From a virus, in the IMG/VR virus record IMGVR_UViG_3300045971_000163, positions 1-64,000 of that record: a DNA stretch of 64,000 bases; one strand, written 5' to 3'. This document shows, piece after piece, positions 54,823-64,000 of the stretch. The position numbers and the translations under genes were made by a program. The notes beneath the pieces are model-generated. The model did no database searches. It had not been told where the DNA came from and worked only from the letters and a program-made list of their open reading frames with translations. Numbering within the stretch: the first letter of the stretch is position 1; the number at the start of each line of letters is the position of its first letter.

Positions 54823-55574
54823 ATTCGTGTTATGAACCGTAAATGTGCATCGCTTAACAAATACTGTTTGTCAATGACATGTATATTTTGTCTCGCAATA
54901 GCGTGTGCTTTATTTTCCTCTTTTACTATTAGCAAGTTACCCTTTACTGTAATGCTAGACACTTTGTCTTTAATCGTTAACATTGTAAAGGGTAGCTTAC
55001 ACTTTTCTTCCGTTGCGTATCCGTTTAGAACATGGTTGGCAATGGTGAATGCGTAGTCGTTGCGGAAGTTTGATTGATCAATCTGAAACAGTTTACAGTA
55101 ATACGCATAGTTACGCTGGACTTTACCCGCTAGATCAAATAGTTGCTTTGCTTTTAGTGTTTTCTTAAACGCTATCACCGTTGCCCACACATAGGGCAGG
55201 CTAGTAATGCCCATTGTGTATGTTGCGTCAGTGGCAAGCATCTTGTTATCGTGAACGATTTGATAATCTTCTAAAGTGTTTAGTATTTGCACTAACGAGT
55301 CATCTAGCATTAAGTAGTCGCTGTCAATGAGCAATGTTTCATCATACGGGCTTAACTCAAATGCGTTAAATCTGTTGCCGTTACGCCATTCTGTGCCGCC
55401 CTCATACTCACCTATACGCTTGTTTTCTAGTGTATTTTCTATATCTTCGTCAGTGATGATTGTGGTAGGCAGGTTCAGTGTGCTTTTAACTAGTTTTGCT
55501 GCTCGTGCTGCTATTTCCACATAGTCTACTGTGGGCGTATTAAACGCAAACATCACTACACCGCGTGTGCTCAT
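54813..55574 (-). CDS. glycosyltransferase-like protein (GT-A/GT8-like)
   Basis: SPYDETLLIDSDY, WATVI, FRNDYAF. Confidence 0.6.
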   Translation of the reverse strand: MSTRGVVMFAFNTPTVDYVEIAARAAKLVKSTLNLPTTIITDEDIENTLENKRIGEYEGGTEWRNGNRFNAFELSPYDETLLIDSDYLMLDDSLVQILNTLEDYQIVHDNKMLATDATYTMGITSLPYVWATVIAFKKTLKAKQLFDLAGKVQRNYAYYCKLFQIDQSNFRNDYAFTIANHVLNGYATEEKCKLPFTMLTIKDKVSSITVKGNLLIVKEENKAHAIARQNIHVIDKQYLLSDAHLRFITRICG

Positions 55575-55885
55575 AGTTTCCTCAACTTCTTAAGCTCTGC
55601 GTGTTCTGTGTGCCAGTAGTTCATTACCTTTTGATAATGTTGCTGTGCTGTTACTAGAAAAACTTGCCTGCCAACCTCAATAGGATTGTTATAAGTATCC
55701 TCAATGTAAAGTGTATCTACTGGCCAAGTTGACACAAATGCTAGTAACTCTGGTGTGATTTTGAATAGCCCACCGTTATGAGCAAAATGTAGATCAGTTT
55801 GGATTTTTTCTCGTAAAATAGTTTTGTTGGTTTGGTAATCAGTTGCTAACTTTATTTGTGCAACTAATGTTTCGGTTTCACTCAT
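55571..55885 (-). CDS. hypothetical protein
   Basis: Likely start MSETET at 55885; GGLFKITPELLAF. Confidence 0.65.
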   Translation of the reverse strand: MSETETLVAQIKLATDYQTNKTILREKIQTDLHFAHNGGLFKITPELLAFVSTWPVDTLYIEDTYNNPIEVGRQVFLVTAQQHYQKVMNYWHTEHAELKKLRKL

Positions 55886-55899
55886 TGTGTTTTGTCCAT

Positions 55900-55929
55900 A
55901 AAAATAGGTAAGTTGTGACACTTACCTAT
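55900..55929 (-). terminator. putative rho-independent terminator after the tail genes
   Basis: ATAGGTAAGT/ACTTACCTAT 10-bp stem followed by a T-run on the - strand. Confidence 0.6.
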
Positions 55930-55973
55930 ATTTTAGCATGGAAGCTGGTTATGCTTCAACTATTTTGGCTGTA

Positions 55974-56843
55974 TTAAGTTAATACTGGTGTGCCCCACAC
56001 GTTTGTTAAGTTTGTGGTTTCTGGGTAGATTGCATAGGCTGTTACTGTGAGTGACAGTACCACTGTACCACCAAAAGAATTATCAGCTGGAATAGTTAAC
56101 GTTGCGTTATGCATAACTGATGCACCGTTTGCCCCATTTGTGGTATCTGCCACTGAGGCTGAATAAATGGATTGGCTAGCTGATGTAGTTGCATATGGTG
56201 CTGCTGAAGCAGTAGTTGATACTAACGACGATACAGTAGTTAATCCGCGATAGCCAACGGCTGTAATATTGTTTGTTGCATTATTAACAGTAACATTGAG
56301 TGCAGAAAAATCATTTTTTGCTGCAATTGATCGCGCTGTGCCAGAAGAATCAACTGCCGAGCAAACAAATTGTATTCTGCCACCACAATTAAAAAATAAT
56401 CTTGCTTGGTTTGCTGAAGCAAAAGTAACTGTACTGATAACAGATGGTGTTGCTGCTGCGGTAGCAGCAATATTAACTGACCCTGTTTTAGTGCCCAATG
56501 ACACCGTTGCCCCACTGGATGCATAATTTGCTCTATTAGTATACGCCGTATTCACCGCAGCTTGTAATGTACTTAAATATGTAATTGTATTACCGGCTGT
56601 AGGTGCTGAAATACCAGATCCAGCCCCAGCTTGGTGAGTAAGTATACTATTAAGATTATTAATCAGTGATGCCCATTGTACTGCGGTTACTGTGTCAGTA
56701 CCAGCAGTTACCACTGGAATTGCAGTTTGACCATAACCAGCGGCGCCACTGCCAGTGGACCAAACCGTGTTTAGCTGATTAGTGCCGTTAATTAAATTGT
56801 TGTAATCTGATGCCTGAATCAGGCCGCCTGATGCGTATGTCAT
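55974..56843 (-). CDS. virion structural (tail-associated) protein
   Basis: MTYASGGLIQASDYN...GYGQ...ARLFFNCGGRI; Thr/Ala/Ser-rich. Confidence 0.65.
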   Translation of the reverse strand: MTYASGGLIQASDYNNLINGTNQLNTVWSTGSGAAGYGQTAIPVVTAGTDTVTAVQWASLINNLNSILTHQAGAGSGISAPTAGNTITYLSTLQAAVNTAYTNRANYASSGATVSLGTKTGSVNIAATAAATPSVISTVTFASANQARLFFNCGGRIQFVCSAVDSSGTARSIAAKNDFSALNVTVNNATNNITAVGYRGLTTVSSLVSTTASAAPYATTSASQSIYSASVADTTNGANGASVMHNATLTIPADNSFGGTVVLSLTVTAYAIYPETTNLTNVWGTPVLT

Positions 56844-56861
56844 AATATTAAATCCTTGATT

Positions 56862-58808
56862 TTATGTATTTATCTTAACAATAGCATTAATTAACTTTTC
56901 TAATGCATTATCGTTCGTTTCCAACGCACGGCCAATCACGTTAAATGCAGTTAATTCTGCCATTTCTGCTGCCCTTGCTACGCCGTTTCCAGCACTTACT
57001 AACCTGTCGCCTTTTTTCACTGTCCCAACCACCCTAACTGGCGCTTTACCAGCCAAAACTACTGCGGGATGCGTTTCGTTACTACCAGATTCCGCATTCA
57101 TTAAATATGCTGGATTCGTAGATACAACACCAAAAATTTTCTCGCTGCTATCACGTAGTTCCATTGTAACTTCAGCAGTTCCGCCAATGGTCAACACCGT
57201 GCCAGGTACATACTCTGCGTCAGCCGCAAAGCGTTCTGCCAAGTCAGCGTAGTTTGCTGTTGACGCATTACCATTAAACGTCGTAGCATACACTGCATTG
57301 AACTTTAAACCACTGGAACCAATGTTGTATACATTGTTAAACCCTGCGGCTGGGATAATATTTCCAGTAATTGCTGTTAAGTTTACTGCTCCAGCACTAA
57401 TTCCGTCAACATACCCTTTCGTAGCAATAGTAGTAGGTACATCGCCTGTAACAGGGGTTATAGTAGTTGCTTTACCTGTGGTGCCATCAATGCTAATAAC
57501 GTTGGTAGGCACACCACCAACTTTAACAGACAAGTACATTGACTTCCCAGATACATCACTAACTAAATTTACTGCGTTTGAGTTGACATTAACTTTAAAG
57601 TCTGCTGATGCGCCAATAGAAATACCAGTATTAGTAGTAATACTTGGGGCAACCGTAAACACTGCGTTAGCTGCGTTATCTAATCTAGCGTAGCTAGTTG
57701 CTAACACACCAGATAACCTAGAAGAGTCATACGCTAACCCTGTGAAATTTGTAGCATATATATTAGCAAATGATGCTGCTACAGAACCCAAATTGTATGA
57801 TCCTGTGGTTTGCGGTAAAATAGTGCCAGTAATTTCGTTAGCACCATCTCGCATTAGCGCCGCGCTAGTTGAGCCAGAAGTAACACTATCAAGATACCCC
57901 TTAGTTACGATTGTAGCTGCTGGGTCCGACACTGTCGTAGTCTGTGCACTTGCTTTGCCTGTTGTGCCATCTAACCAGATAAGTTTAGTTGCTGTACCGC
58001 CTACTGTAGCGTACAATCCCAAATCACAGCCTGTAATATTGCTAATTAATTGCGTATCTGTGTTGGAAGTTTTTACTGTGAAGTTACTGCTTGCACCAAC
58101 AGTTAATCCATTGTTTGCAGTAATTGCCAACGCACCAGTCAACGTACCAGGTACGTCAGTACGCAAGTAGTTTGCTGCTATAATTCCACCCAATTTGGCA
58201 GCATTGTCCGTCAAACCATAGTAGCCTAAGCTGTTTTCTGACGACAAGTTAAAACCTGGGTTAATAATGCTGAAACCAGGGATTGTTGTGATAGTAAACG
58301 ATGGGTCTTTGCTTAGGATAGCGACTACAGTGTTGAACACTGTAAATTTAATAATAATGTGTGATTGTCCGCCGCCTGCTTCAAGGATGCTATCCGCAAC
58401 CATACCAGTTTGCCCAGTGTTAGCACTGTTCATTGGGCCAATAATTTTCCATTCTGTGCCCGCATACGCTTTCAACTGTAAATTAACTGGGTCCCACCAA
58501 ATATCACCAGCCATTGGGTTGGTTGGTTGCGTTGGAGTAGAGCCTGATACTGTTTTCCAGCCAGAGTTAGACCTGATACTAAGGCGTTTGTTTGTGGTAT
58601 CCCACCATAATTGACCTTCAACTGCGGCGCGAGGTTCTGTACTATTAGCAAAGTTCTCTAAGATTTGAACAAAATTCTCGTTCAAAAACTTACCGTAGCC
58701 TGGGTAATTCTTGCCAATTAGGGTCAAACTTGACGCTGATTCATCCACTTGCCCGTCTGGGACAGTAACCAGTGGTTGACCATTAGAAAGTGTTATATTG
58801 TATGCCAT
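56862..58808 (-). CDS. tail fibre/baseplate protein with C-terminal autocleaving chaperone-like domain
   Basis: Shared N-terminal LIGKNY.GYG..NENF..LENFA..GQLWWD; C-terminal NYADLAERF...GVVSTNPAY...IGRALE. Confidence 0.75.
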   Translation of the reverse strand: MAYNITLSNGQPLVTVPDGQVDESASSLTLIGKNYPGYGKFLNENFVQILENFANSTEPRAAVEGQLWWDTTNKRLSIRSNSGWKTVSGSTPTQPTNPMAGDIWWDPVNLQLKAYAGTEWKIIGPMNSANTGQTGMVADSILEAGGGQSHIIIKFTVFNTVVAILSKDPSFTITTIPGFSIINPGFNLSSENSLGYYGLTDNAAKLGGIIAANYLRTDVPGTLTGALAITANNGLTVGASSNFTVKTSNTDTQLISNITGCDLGLYATVGGTATKLIWLDGTTGKASAQTTTVSDPAATIVTKGYLDSVTSGSTSAALMRDGANEITGTILPQTTGSYNLGSVAASFANIYATNFTGLAYDSSRLSGVLATSYARLDNAANAVFTVAPSITTNTGISIGASADFKVNVNSNAVNLVSDVSGKSMYLSVKVGGVPTNVISIDGTTGKATTITPVTGDVPTTIATKGYVDGISAGAVNLTAITGNIIPAAGFNNVYNIGSSGLKFNAVYATTFNGNASTANYADLAERFAADAEYVPGTVLTIGGTAEVTMELRDSSEKIFGVVSTNPAYLMNAESGSNETHPAVVLAGKAPVRVVGTVKKGDRLVSAGNGVARAAEMAELTAFNVIGRALETNDNALEKLINAIVKINT

Positions 58809-58858
58809 TTAGATCTAAACTCCAATTTGTGTATCTTACTCTTATTTATCCGCGGATA

Positions 58859-59788
58859 TTAACTTATTGTTCCTAAACGTGTGCCAACTGCATTCCAAGT
58901 AACTAAACCGTTACCAATAACTGCTGAGCCTGCTGCTCCACCAGCATAATTAGCTCCAGGACCCCCGATCCTACTTACTAAAGGTGCCCCAGTGCCCGGA
59001 GCACCTGGTTGACCCAAATCTCCACCTTTACCGCCAATACTGTACCAGCCAGAGTTATTACCCAACCCGCCCGTTGTTGCGGTTCCAGCTATTCCGTCTC
59101 CACCATAATTAGTAAATCGAGTTGCAAAAGTATTTGGCCCGTGTAATCCACCTGCTCCTGCAATAATGCCAGCACCGCCACCGCCTGGTGCGCCTGACAA
59201 TTCCCAATATCCATTATCGCCACTGAGTGATGATCCTCCGCCACCACCACCACCTGCCATTGTCCCGTTATTTGTGACTGTTACAGCAACTGATGTTGAA
59301 AATGCTGCCCCACCTGGCTGCCCAGGCCCAGCACTCCAAGTATCAGTACCACTACTTTGTGCGTATGAAAACCATTGGTTTGCGCCGCCAATACCACCTT
59401 TTCCAACAATGTAGCCATTGTTAATTAAAGATACTCCGCCAGGAAAAGACCCAGCTATAAACAAAGCTGGAGTAGCCACAGTGTTACTCATAATGATAAC
59501 CCCAACATTAATAGTAGCAGCCAATGGAGTAGCACTATTCCATCCAGCCGCTATCGCCATTGCTCGCAAATCTAAATTAGCTTGATTTGATGAAACTACG
59601 AGTACAAACTGATTTGCTGCTCCGTGAAACTGTGATAACGACATGGTCCCTGATAATGGGACATTTGGGGCACCGGCACCAACAATTCCGCCATTACGAT
59701 GGTACGCAGAAAAATTTACTGCACCAGATTTAGCAAATTCTGTTCGCAATGATGAGAAACTTAAAGTACCGGTGGTTGGTAGAGTCAT
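58859..59788 (-). CDS. glycine-rich tail fibre tip/adhesin-like protein
   Basis: MTLPTTGTLSFSSLRTEF...SLSQFHG; NNGYIVGKGG and GGGGGGG segments like T-even gp38 adhesins. Confidence 0.7.
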   Translation of the reverse strand: MTLPTTGTLSFSSLRTEFAKSGAVNFSAYHRNGGIVGAGAPNVPLSGTMSLSQFHGAANQFVLVVSSNQANLDLRAMAIAAGWNSATPLAATINVGVIIMSNTVATPALFIAGSFPGGVSLINNGYIVGKGGIGGANQWFSYAQSSGTDTWSAGPGQPGGAAFSTSVAVTVTNNGTMAGGGGGGGSSLSGDNGYWELSGAPGGGGAGIIAGAGGLHGPNTFATRFTNYGGDGIAGTATTGGLGNNSGWYSIGGKGGDLGQPGAPGTGAPLVSRIGGPGANYAGGAAGSAVIGNGLVTWNAVGTRLGTIS

Positions 59789-59790
59789 AA

Positions 59791-61887
59791 TTAAACAGAT
59801 CCCGCGCCAAATAGTGCTGTAATGTCACCCGCCACAGTAAAATTACCGGTTGAGTCTAACCTAGCTTTATTTGCCCCACCAAATGCAAAATATAGTGAAG
59901 AGCCTGAGGCTATGATGGACCATGAGCCAGACTGCAATTGTGATGCAATACCTGACGTTGGACCTGCTGGCCCTGTGGCACCTTGAGGTCCAGTGGCACC
60001 TGGAGTACCTGCTGGCCCTTGAGGTCCAGTGGCACCTTGAGGTCCAGTGGCACCTGGAGTACCTGCTGGCCCTTGAAGTCCAGTTGGGCCGATGACTCCA
60101 GTGGAAGGACCTGCTGGTCCCATTGGGCCCGTTGGGCCCATTGGTCCGACTACCCCAGTCACTGGACCTTCTGGCCCTGTGGCACCTTGAGGTCCTTGTG
60201 GGCCAGTGGCACCTTGAAGTCCGCGTGGCCCAGTGGCACCTTGGGGGCCTACTAGGCCTTGGGGGCCTGGGGTTAGCGACATAGTGTTTATTTTATCAAC
60301 AACAAATGCTGTCGTTGCAACAGTAGTACCGGAACTCGTAGCCGGTGGAGTAGGTGCAGTTACAGTTCCGGTAAATGTTGGATTGGCTAGCGGTGCTTTA
60401 AGTGCTAGTTCAGTATTGGTTGTGTTTGCTACTACTGCAACTGAATTAGATATCGCAGTAGCCACAAAATTAGTAGTAGCTAATTTGTCTGAGTTATCTG
60501 ATGCTACTGGAGTTGGTGCAACTGGAACTCCAACAAAAATTGGCGAGTCCAATGGTGCCTTAGTTGCAAGGGCTGCGGTATTATTAGATGCAAAATTTGT
60601 AGCGTTCCCAAGTGATGTTGCTATAGCCCCTAGTGTTTGTAATGATGATGGTGCAGTACCTTTCAATGCTGCTATAGCGATGTCAGTATACACATTTGCG
60701 CTAGATGTGCTACTATCTATGCTGTTAGTAACAAACAACTTATTCGCAACATCTGTATTAGCAGTTGGCGCCACCGTAACTGTTGCATTTGTAAACGAGC
60801 CAGATGTTGCAGAAACATTATCTCCCATGAACAATGAAGCGTGAATATTAGCAAACCGCATACCAACAGAACCCAAACTACGGGTATTGGTAGTATTTGG
60901 TAATAAGTCTGCTTTAATGCTTACACTACCATCATCTTTAATAAAGTTTAAAGCTCGTGTTGTCAACGTAGAATCTACATAAGCCTTATTTGCAACACCA
61001 TCATTAGAGTCTGGTTGCAACGGAACAAATACTTTGCCCGTGATGCCCTCAACACGCAAAGCTGTACGTGTAAGACCGCCAGTATTAGTATGAATAACTA
61101 TGTCTTGGTCTTGTACATTGCTGTTTAGTGTTACTTCATTACCACTAGTACCAATAGTAAAATTATTGTTAGTGCCAACAGTTAACCCAGTGTTACTCGC
61201 TACTGTCAGTGAAGCATTAGTGGTACTTGGGATATCAGAGCGTAAAAAGTTTGCTGCTGCAACATTACCTAAGTTTAACGCATTATTTGCGTTACCGTAG
61301 TATTGTGCTGAATAAGAGGATAAATTAATACCTGGATTTATCGTAGTAAACCCACCAATGTTATTTGTTGTAAACTGCGAATCCTTACTAATAATAGCAA
61401 TAATGGACCCAGCAACATAAAGTTTAACTATTTCGTGATTTGCCCCATATATATCGGTCACAGTTGCAGCAATCGCTCCGCCAATGCCGTTTGTGGCTTT
61501 ATATGCTGGTCCAACTGTAGTCCAAGCCGCGCCATCGTATACGTTAAGTTGCTTACCTGTAGTATCCCACCAAAAGTCACCCTCGACATTCACTGATGGC
61601 GCTGTATTGCGCGGCCCTGATCCACTTATTACTTTCCAATCAATTCCATTGCGGACTTTCATTGCTTTAGCAACAGAATCCCACCATAATTGACCCTGTA
61701 ATGGATTAATAGGCGGGGTTGTATTTGCAAAGTTTTCCAAAATCTTAACCATGTTTTGGTTTTGCAATGGGCCATAACCTGCAAAGTTTTTACCAAACAG
61801 TGTTAAGCTTGTATATGATGAATCTTGGCTACCATCATTAATAGTAACTAGAGGTAAACCATTAGATAATTTTATATTGTATGACAT
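59791..61887 (-). CDS. tail fibre protein with collagen-like segment
   Basis: Shared N-terminal domain; KAPL.SP.F.G.P.APT repeats; GPQGATGP repeats. Confidence 0.8.
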   Translation of the reverse strand: MSYNIKLSNGLPLVTINDGSQDSSYTSLTLFGKNFAGYGPLQNQNMVKILENFANTTPPINPLQGQLWWDSVAKAMKVRNGIDWKVISGSGPRNTAPSVNVEGDFWWDTTGKQLNVYDGAAWTTVGPAYKATNGIGGAIAATVTDIYGANHEIVKLYVAGSIIAIISKDSQFTTNNIGGFTTINPGINLSSYSAQYYGNANNALNLGNVAAANFLRSDIPSTTNASLTVASNTGLTVGTNNNFTIGTSGNEVTLNSNVQDQDIVIHTNTGGLTRTALRVEGITGKVFVPLQPDSNDGVANKAYVDSTLTTRALNFIKDDGSVSIKADLLPNTTNTRSLGSVGMRFANIHASLFMGDNVSATSGSFTNATVTVAPTANTDVANKLFVTNSIDSSTSSANVYTDIAIAALKGTAPSSLQTLGAIATSLGNATNFASNNTAALATKAPLDSPIFVGVPVAPTPVASDNSDKLATTNFVATAISNSVAVVANTTNTELALKAPLANPTFTGTVTAPTPPATSSGTTVATTAFVVDKINTMSLTPGPQGLVGPQGATGPRGLQGATGPQGPQGATGPEGPVTGVVGPMGPTGPMGPAGPSTGVIGPTGLQGPAGTPGATGPQGATGPQGPAGTPGATGPQGATGPAGPTSGIASQLQSGSWSIIASGSSLYFAFGGANKARLDSTGNFTVAGDITALFGAGSV

Positions 61888-61898
61888 CTTTTTATTTC

Positions 61899-62882
61899 CT
61901 AAAATCGGCCAACTGCAATAGACACTAATCGTACACCTGAAGTTGAACTATCTTCCAAACTCTTTCCTATTACACAACCAGGGACCCATTGGCTTGCGTT
62001 GGTTAATGCGGTTGCTACCCCTGCTATTGTGGACTGTACTAACAAATCACCCTTATTAACTACCCCAGTTACTTTGCATCGTGTCTTTCCTAGCGTTGTT
62101 ACTGGTACAAAAAATACAGTACCTGCTGACGTATACGCAATATTTTCTGTGATAACCCCAGCAATTTTTGTGTTTAAGTACAAATTACTAGTAGTTACTT
62201 CGTATGCACCTCCAAATACTACTACGCTACCTGCTTCGTATGCTGCATCAGCGTTGTATGTTTCTGATAGTTTTTCGGATGCAGTAGCAGTTCCATTAAA
62301 TTTTAATGTGCTTGCCAGTGTAATACCAGGCAGTAGTTTAGAAAATCCTGACACGTTATCTGATATTTCAAACGCTGCACCAGTATTAATAATAGCTGCA
62401 TTGTGCCCATCAACTTTTATAAGTGCTACATTATGGTTAGTTCCACCAGCATCGCTTAATAATACTGGGTCCATACCGTAATAGTTTTGCCCCTTCCTGT
62501 ATGATGGGCCAACTAGTAACCACTCTGCTCCCGTATAAACCATAAGCTGGTGTGTGTCTGTGTTCCACCATTGATCCCCGTCAATGGGGTTAATAGGGGT
62601 AAGGTGGCCAACTGCTGAACTAGAGCATGGTTTGAACCTATTGCCGTCAAAAAAGTTTAATACTTTACCGTCTGAATCCCACCATAACTGTCCAGCTATA
62701 GGATTCAGTGGCGGTGTTATATTTGCGCTATTTTCTAGTAAGGAAACAAAATTGTTGGCTATTAGTTGTCCATAGTTATTAAAGTTTTGGCCAACCAATG
62801 AAATACCTAGCGAATTGTTAACAGTGCCTTCGTTAACGATTGCGTATATTTTACCATCAGTATGTGAAACGTTGTATGCCAT
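61899..62882 (-). CDS. tail fibre/baseplate protein paralog
   Basis: Shared N-terminal domain (GQLWWD); C-terminal KGDLLV...VIGKSLE. Confidence 0.7.
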   Translation of the reverse strand: MAYNVSHTDGKIYAIVNEGTVNNSLGISLVGQNFNNYGQLIANNFVSLLENSANITPPLNPIAGQLWWDSDGKVLNFFDGNRFKPCSSSAVGHLTPINPIDGDQWWNTDTHQLMVYTGAEWLLVGPSYRKGQNYYGMDPVLLSDAGGTNHNVALIKVDGHNAAIINTGAAFEISDNVSGFSKLLPGITLASTLKFNGTATASEKLSETYNADAAYEAGSVVVFGGAYEVTTSNLYLNTKIAGVITENIAYTSAGTVFFVPVTTLGKTRCKVTGVVNKGDLLVQSTIAGVATALTNASQWVPGCVIGKSLEDSSTSGVRLVSIAVGRF

Positions 62883-62887
62883 GTTCT

Positions 62888-63502
62888 TTATCCAATAAAG
62901 TTCAAGTTAGTCAACGTGCTAATACGTATAGTGTAATCAATTTGGATCAATCGATTTAGTGATTTTTGCACTGGGTGGAATATAACATGAGTAAGTAACT
63001 TGCCTTGACCAGCTGCATTTTGTTTAAATCCTTTGAGTCCAAGCTCGTCAAAAACGTATGAGCCAGATAAATTCTGGCTATTGTCAAATGCTGCTTGGTC
63101 GTTAGGCTCGCCGTAATCTAGTAAACAAGAAACCAAAATATCAGAATAGTTCTTGCCGACTATAGGGCGAACTTCCATCTTGTTTCGCAAACTATCTGGA
63201 TTAAGCAAATTGTTATCGTCTACAATTTTGTAGTATGTTGGGCTGTATAAATCAGCGTTCACACCTTCAGAATTTGGTGGCAAATACGCAATAACGCCTG
63301 TTGGATCAATGCTTGTTCCACCGTTGCCAAAATGCATTTCTGATATGAAACTATGCCCTTTATTAGATAAACTGTAAGCTAATGCTTCTGAAAAATTTTC
63401 AAAATGTATGGCATTATCCTTATCCACAAAAACCTCTTTGGTCTCTGGATTCCAAATCTTAATGTGTCCTTTAACCCCAAGTGTAAAATTCATTTCATTC
63501 AT
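62888..63502 (-). CDS. virion structural (baseplate-region) protein
   Basis: NAIHFEN...FGNGG...LDYGEP...FDELGL...THVIFHPVQKSLNR. Confidence 0.65.
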   Translation of the reverse strand: MNEMNFTLGVKGHIKIWNPETKEVFVDKDNAIHFENFSEALAYSLSNKGHSFISEMHFGNGGTSIDPTGVIAYLPPNSEGVNADLYSPTYYKIVDDNNLLNPDSLRNKMEVRPIVGKNYSDILVSCLLDYGEPNDQAAFDNSQNLSGSYVFDELGLKGFKQNAAGQGKLLTHVIFHPVQKSLNRLIQIDYTIRISTLTNLNFIG

Positions 63503-63675
63503 TATGCTCTTCCTTCGACTAAGGTTTCACCAGTGTTTTTATCAAAAATCTTAAATTTTGCGTCAATGCTAATACCTGACACATCGTCTGGTGCTTTTTT
63601 AGGCAGAGTTTCTGACAGAAATTGCTTGCCGTTCTCAACTTTTACAGTATCAGTTAATATGCGTTTTTCGTTCAT
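63502..63675 (-). CDS. small protein (57 aa), not in ORF track
   Basis: MNEKRILTDTVK...IDAKFKIFDKNTGETLVEGRA*; TAATG-coupled; ATAAATA just upstream. Confidence 0.65.
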   Translation of the reverse strand: MNEKRILTDTVKVENGKQFLSETLPKKAPDDVSGISIDAKFKIFDKNTGETLVEGRA

Positions 63676-63695
63676 ACAGTTATTTATCTATTATT

Positions 63696-64000
63696 TCAGC
63701 CTATAATATAGGAATCAAACGGGTCTATGTCGTATGGGTGTACTGGAGTACCATATTCTCCAAATCCATCGTCGTCAAACCTTGTATTGTTTGCGTTCGG
63801 ATCAATTCTACCACCCAAATCACCAGGAGCAGACGGCAAGAACGACCTTCCAGCATGTAAGAATCTTGCTTGAATTGTCCCGCTATCAAATAAACCAACC
63901 CCGTCCACAATACGGTCTGTAGTAGCGTATGGAACAGCGATAACGTTGTCAGCGTTTGGCACTGAGTCGTTTAACCAAGTCCGTTGTGGGACCGCAGTAT
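63696..64000 (-). CDS. 3' end of a structural protein (truncated by window edge)
   Basis: Open frame ...GLFDSGTIQARFL...YIIG*. Confidence 0.55.
   Translation of the reverse strand, partial: TAVPQRTWLNDSVPNADNVIAVPYATTDRIVDGVGLFDSGTIQARFLHAGRSFLPSAPGDLGGRIDPNANNTRFDDDGFGEYGTPVHPYDIDPFDSYIIG

Noticed and set aside
59960-60270. GGTCCAGTGGCACC tandem repeats as a non-coding repeat element
   Set aside because: They encode GPQGAT collagen repeats within the tail fibre gene.
1-64000. Alternative genetic code (stop-codon reassignment)
   Set aside because: Conserved genes are full-length in code 11 and end in TAA, TGA or TAG at expected positions.

Overview
This window is part of a large (jumbo-type) tailed-phage genome. 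It has sigma70-type early promoters and T4-like ATAAATA late promoters, and the host is probably proteobacterial (inferred from the IscU/IscA/ErpA sequences). From 1 to 27 kb (mostly + strand) are accessory and metabolic genes: a metallophosphoesterase, an Fe-S assembly trio (intein-containing IscU, IscA, ErpA), a DUF2828/TROVE-like vWA gene split by an antisense homing endonuclease, a GIY-YIG nuclease plus adenine methyltransferase pair, a MoxR-like AAA ATPase with its DUF2201 vWA partner, denV, and thyA flanked by two homing endonucleases. From 25 to 56 kb (mostly - strand) is a large sugar-modification cluster with six radical SAM enzymes, a carbamoyltransferase and glycosyltransferase-like genes. 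From 56 to 64 kb are tail and baseplate genes. The most notable unannotated element is a ~900-bp non-coding region (4716-5601) behind its own promoter. It is an array of five structured RNA units, each closed by a co-varying 7-bp terminal stem next to a conserved RTWCAGCA motif, and it lies directly upstream of the Ro60/TROVE-like gene: a candidate Y-RNA-like array and ribonucleoprotein system. Also found are a co-varying RNA leader shared by two unrelated homing endonucleases and a helically phased GTTG-N8-CAAC promoter element. All family assignments come from motif recognition; no searches were run.
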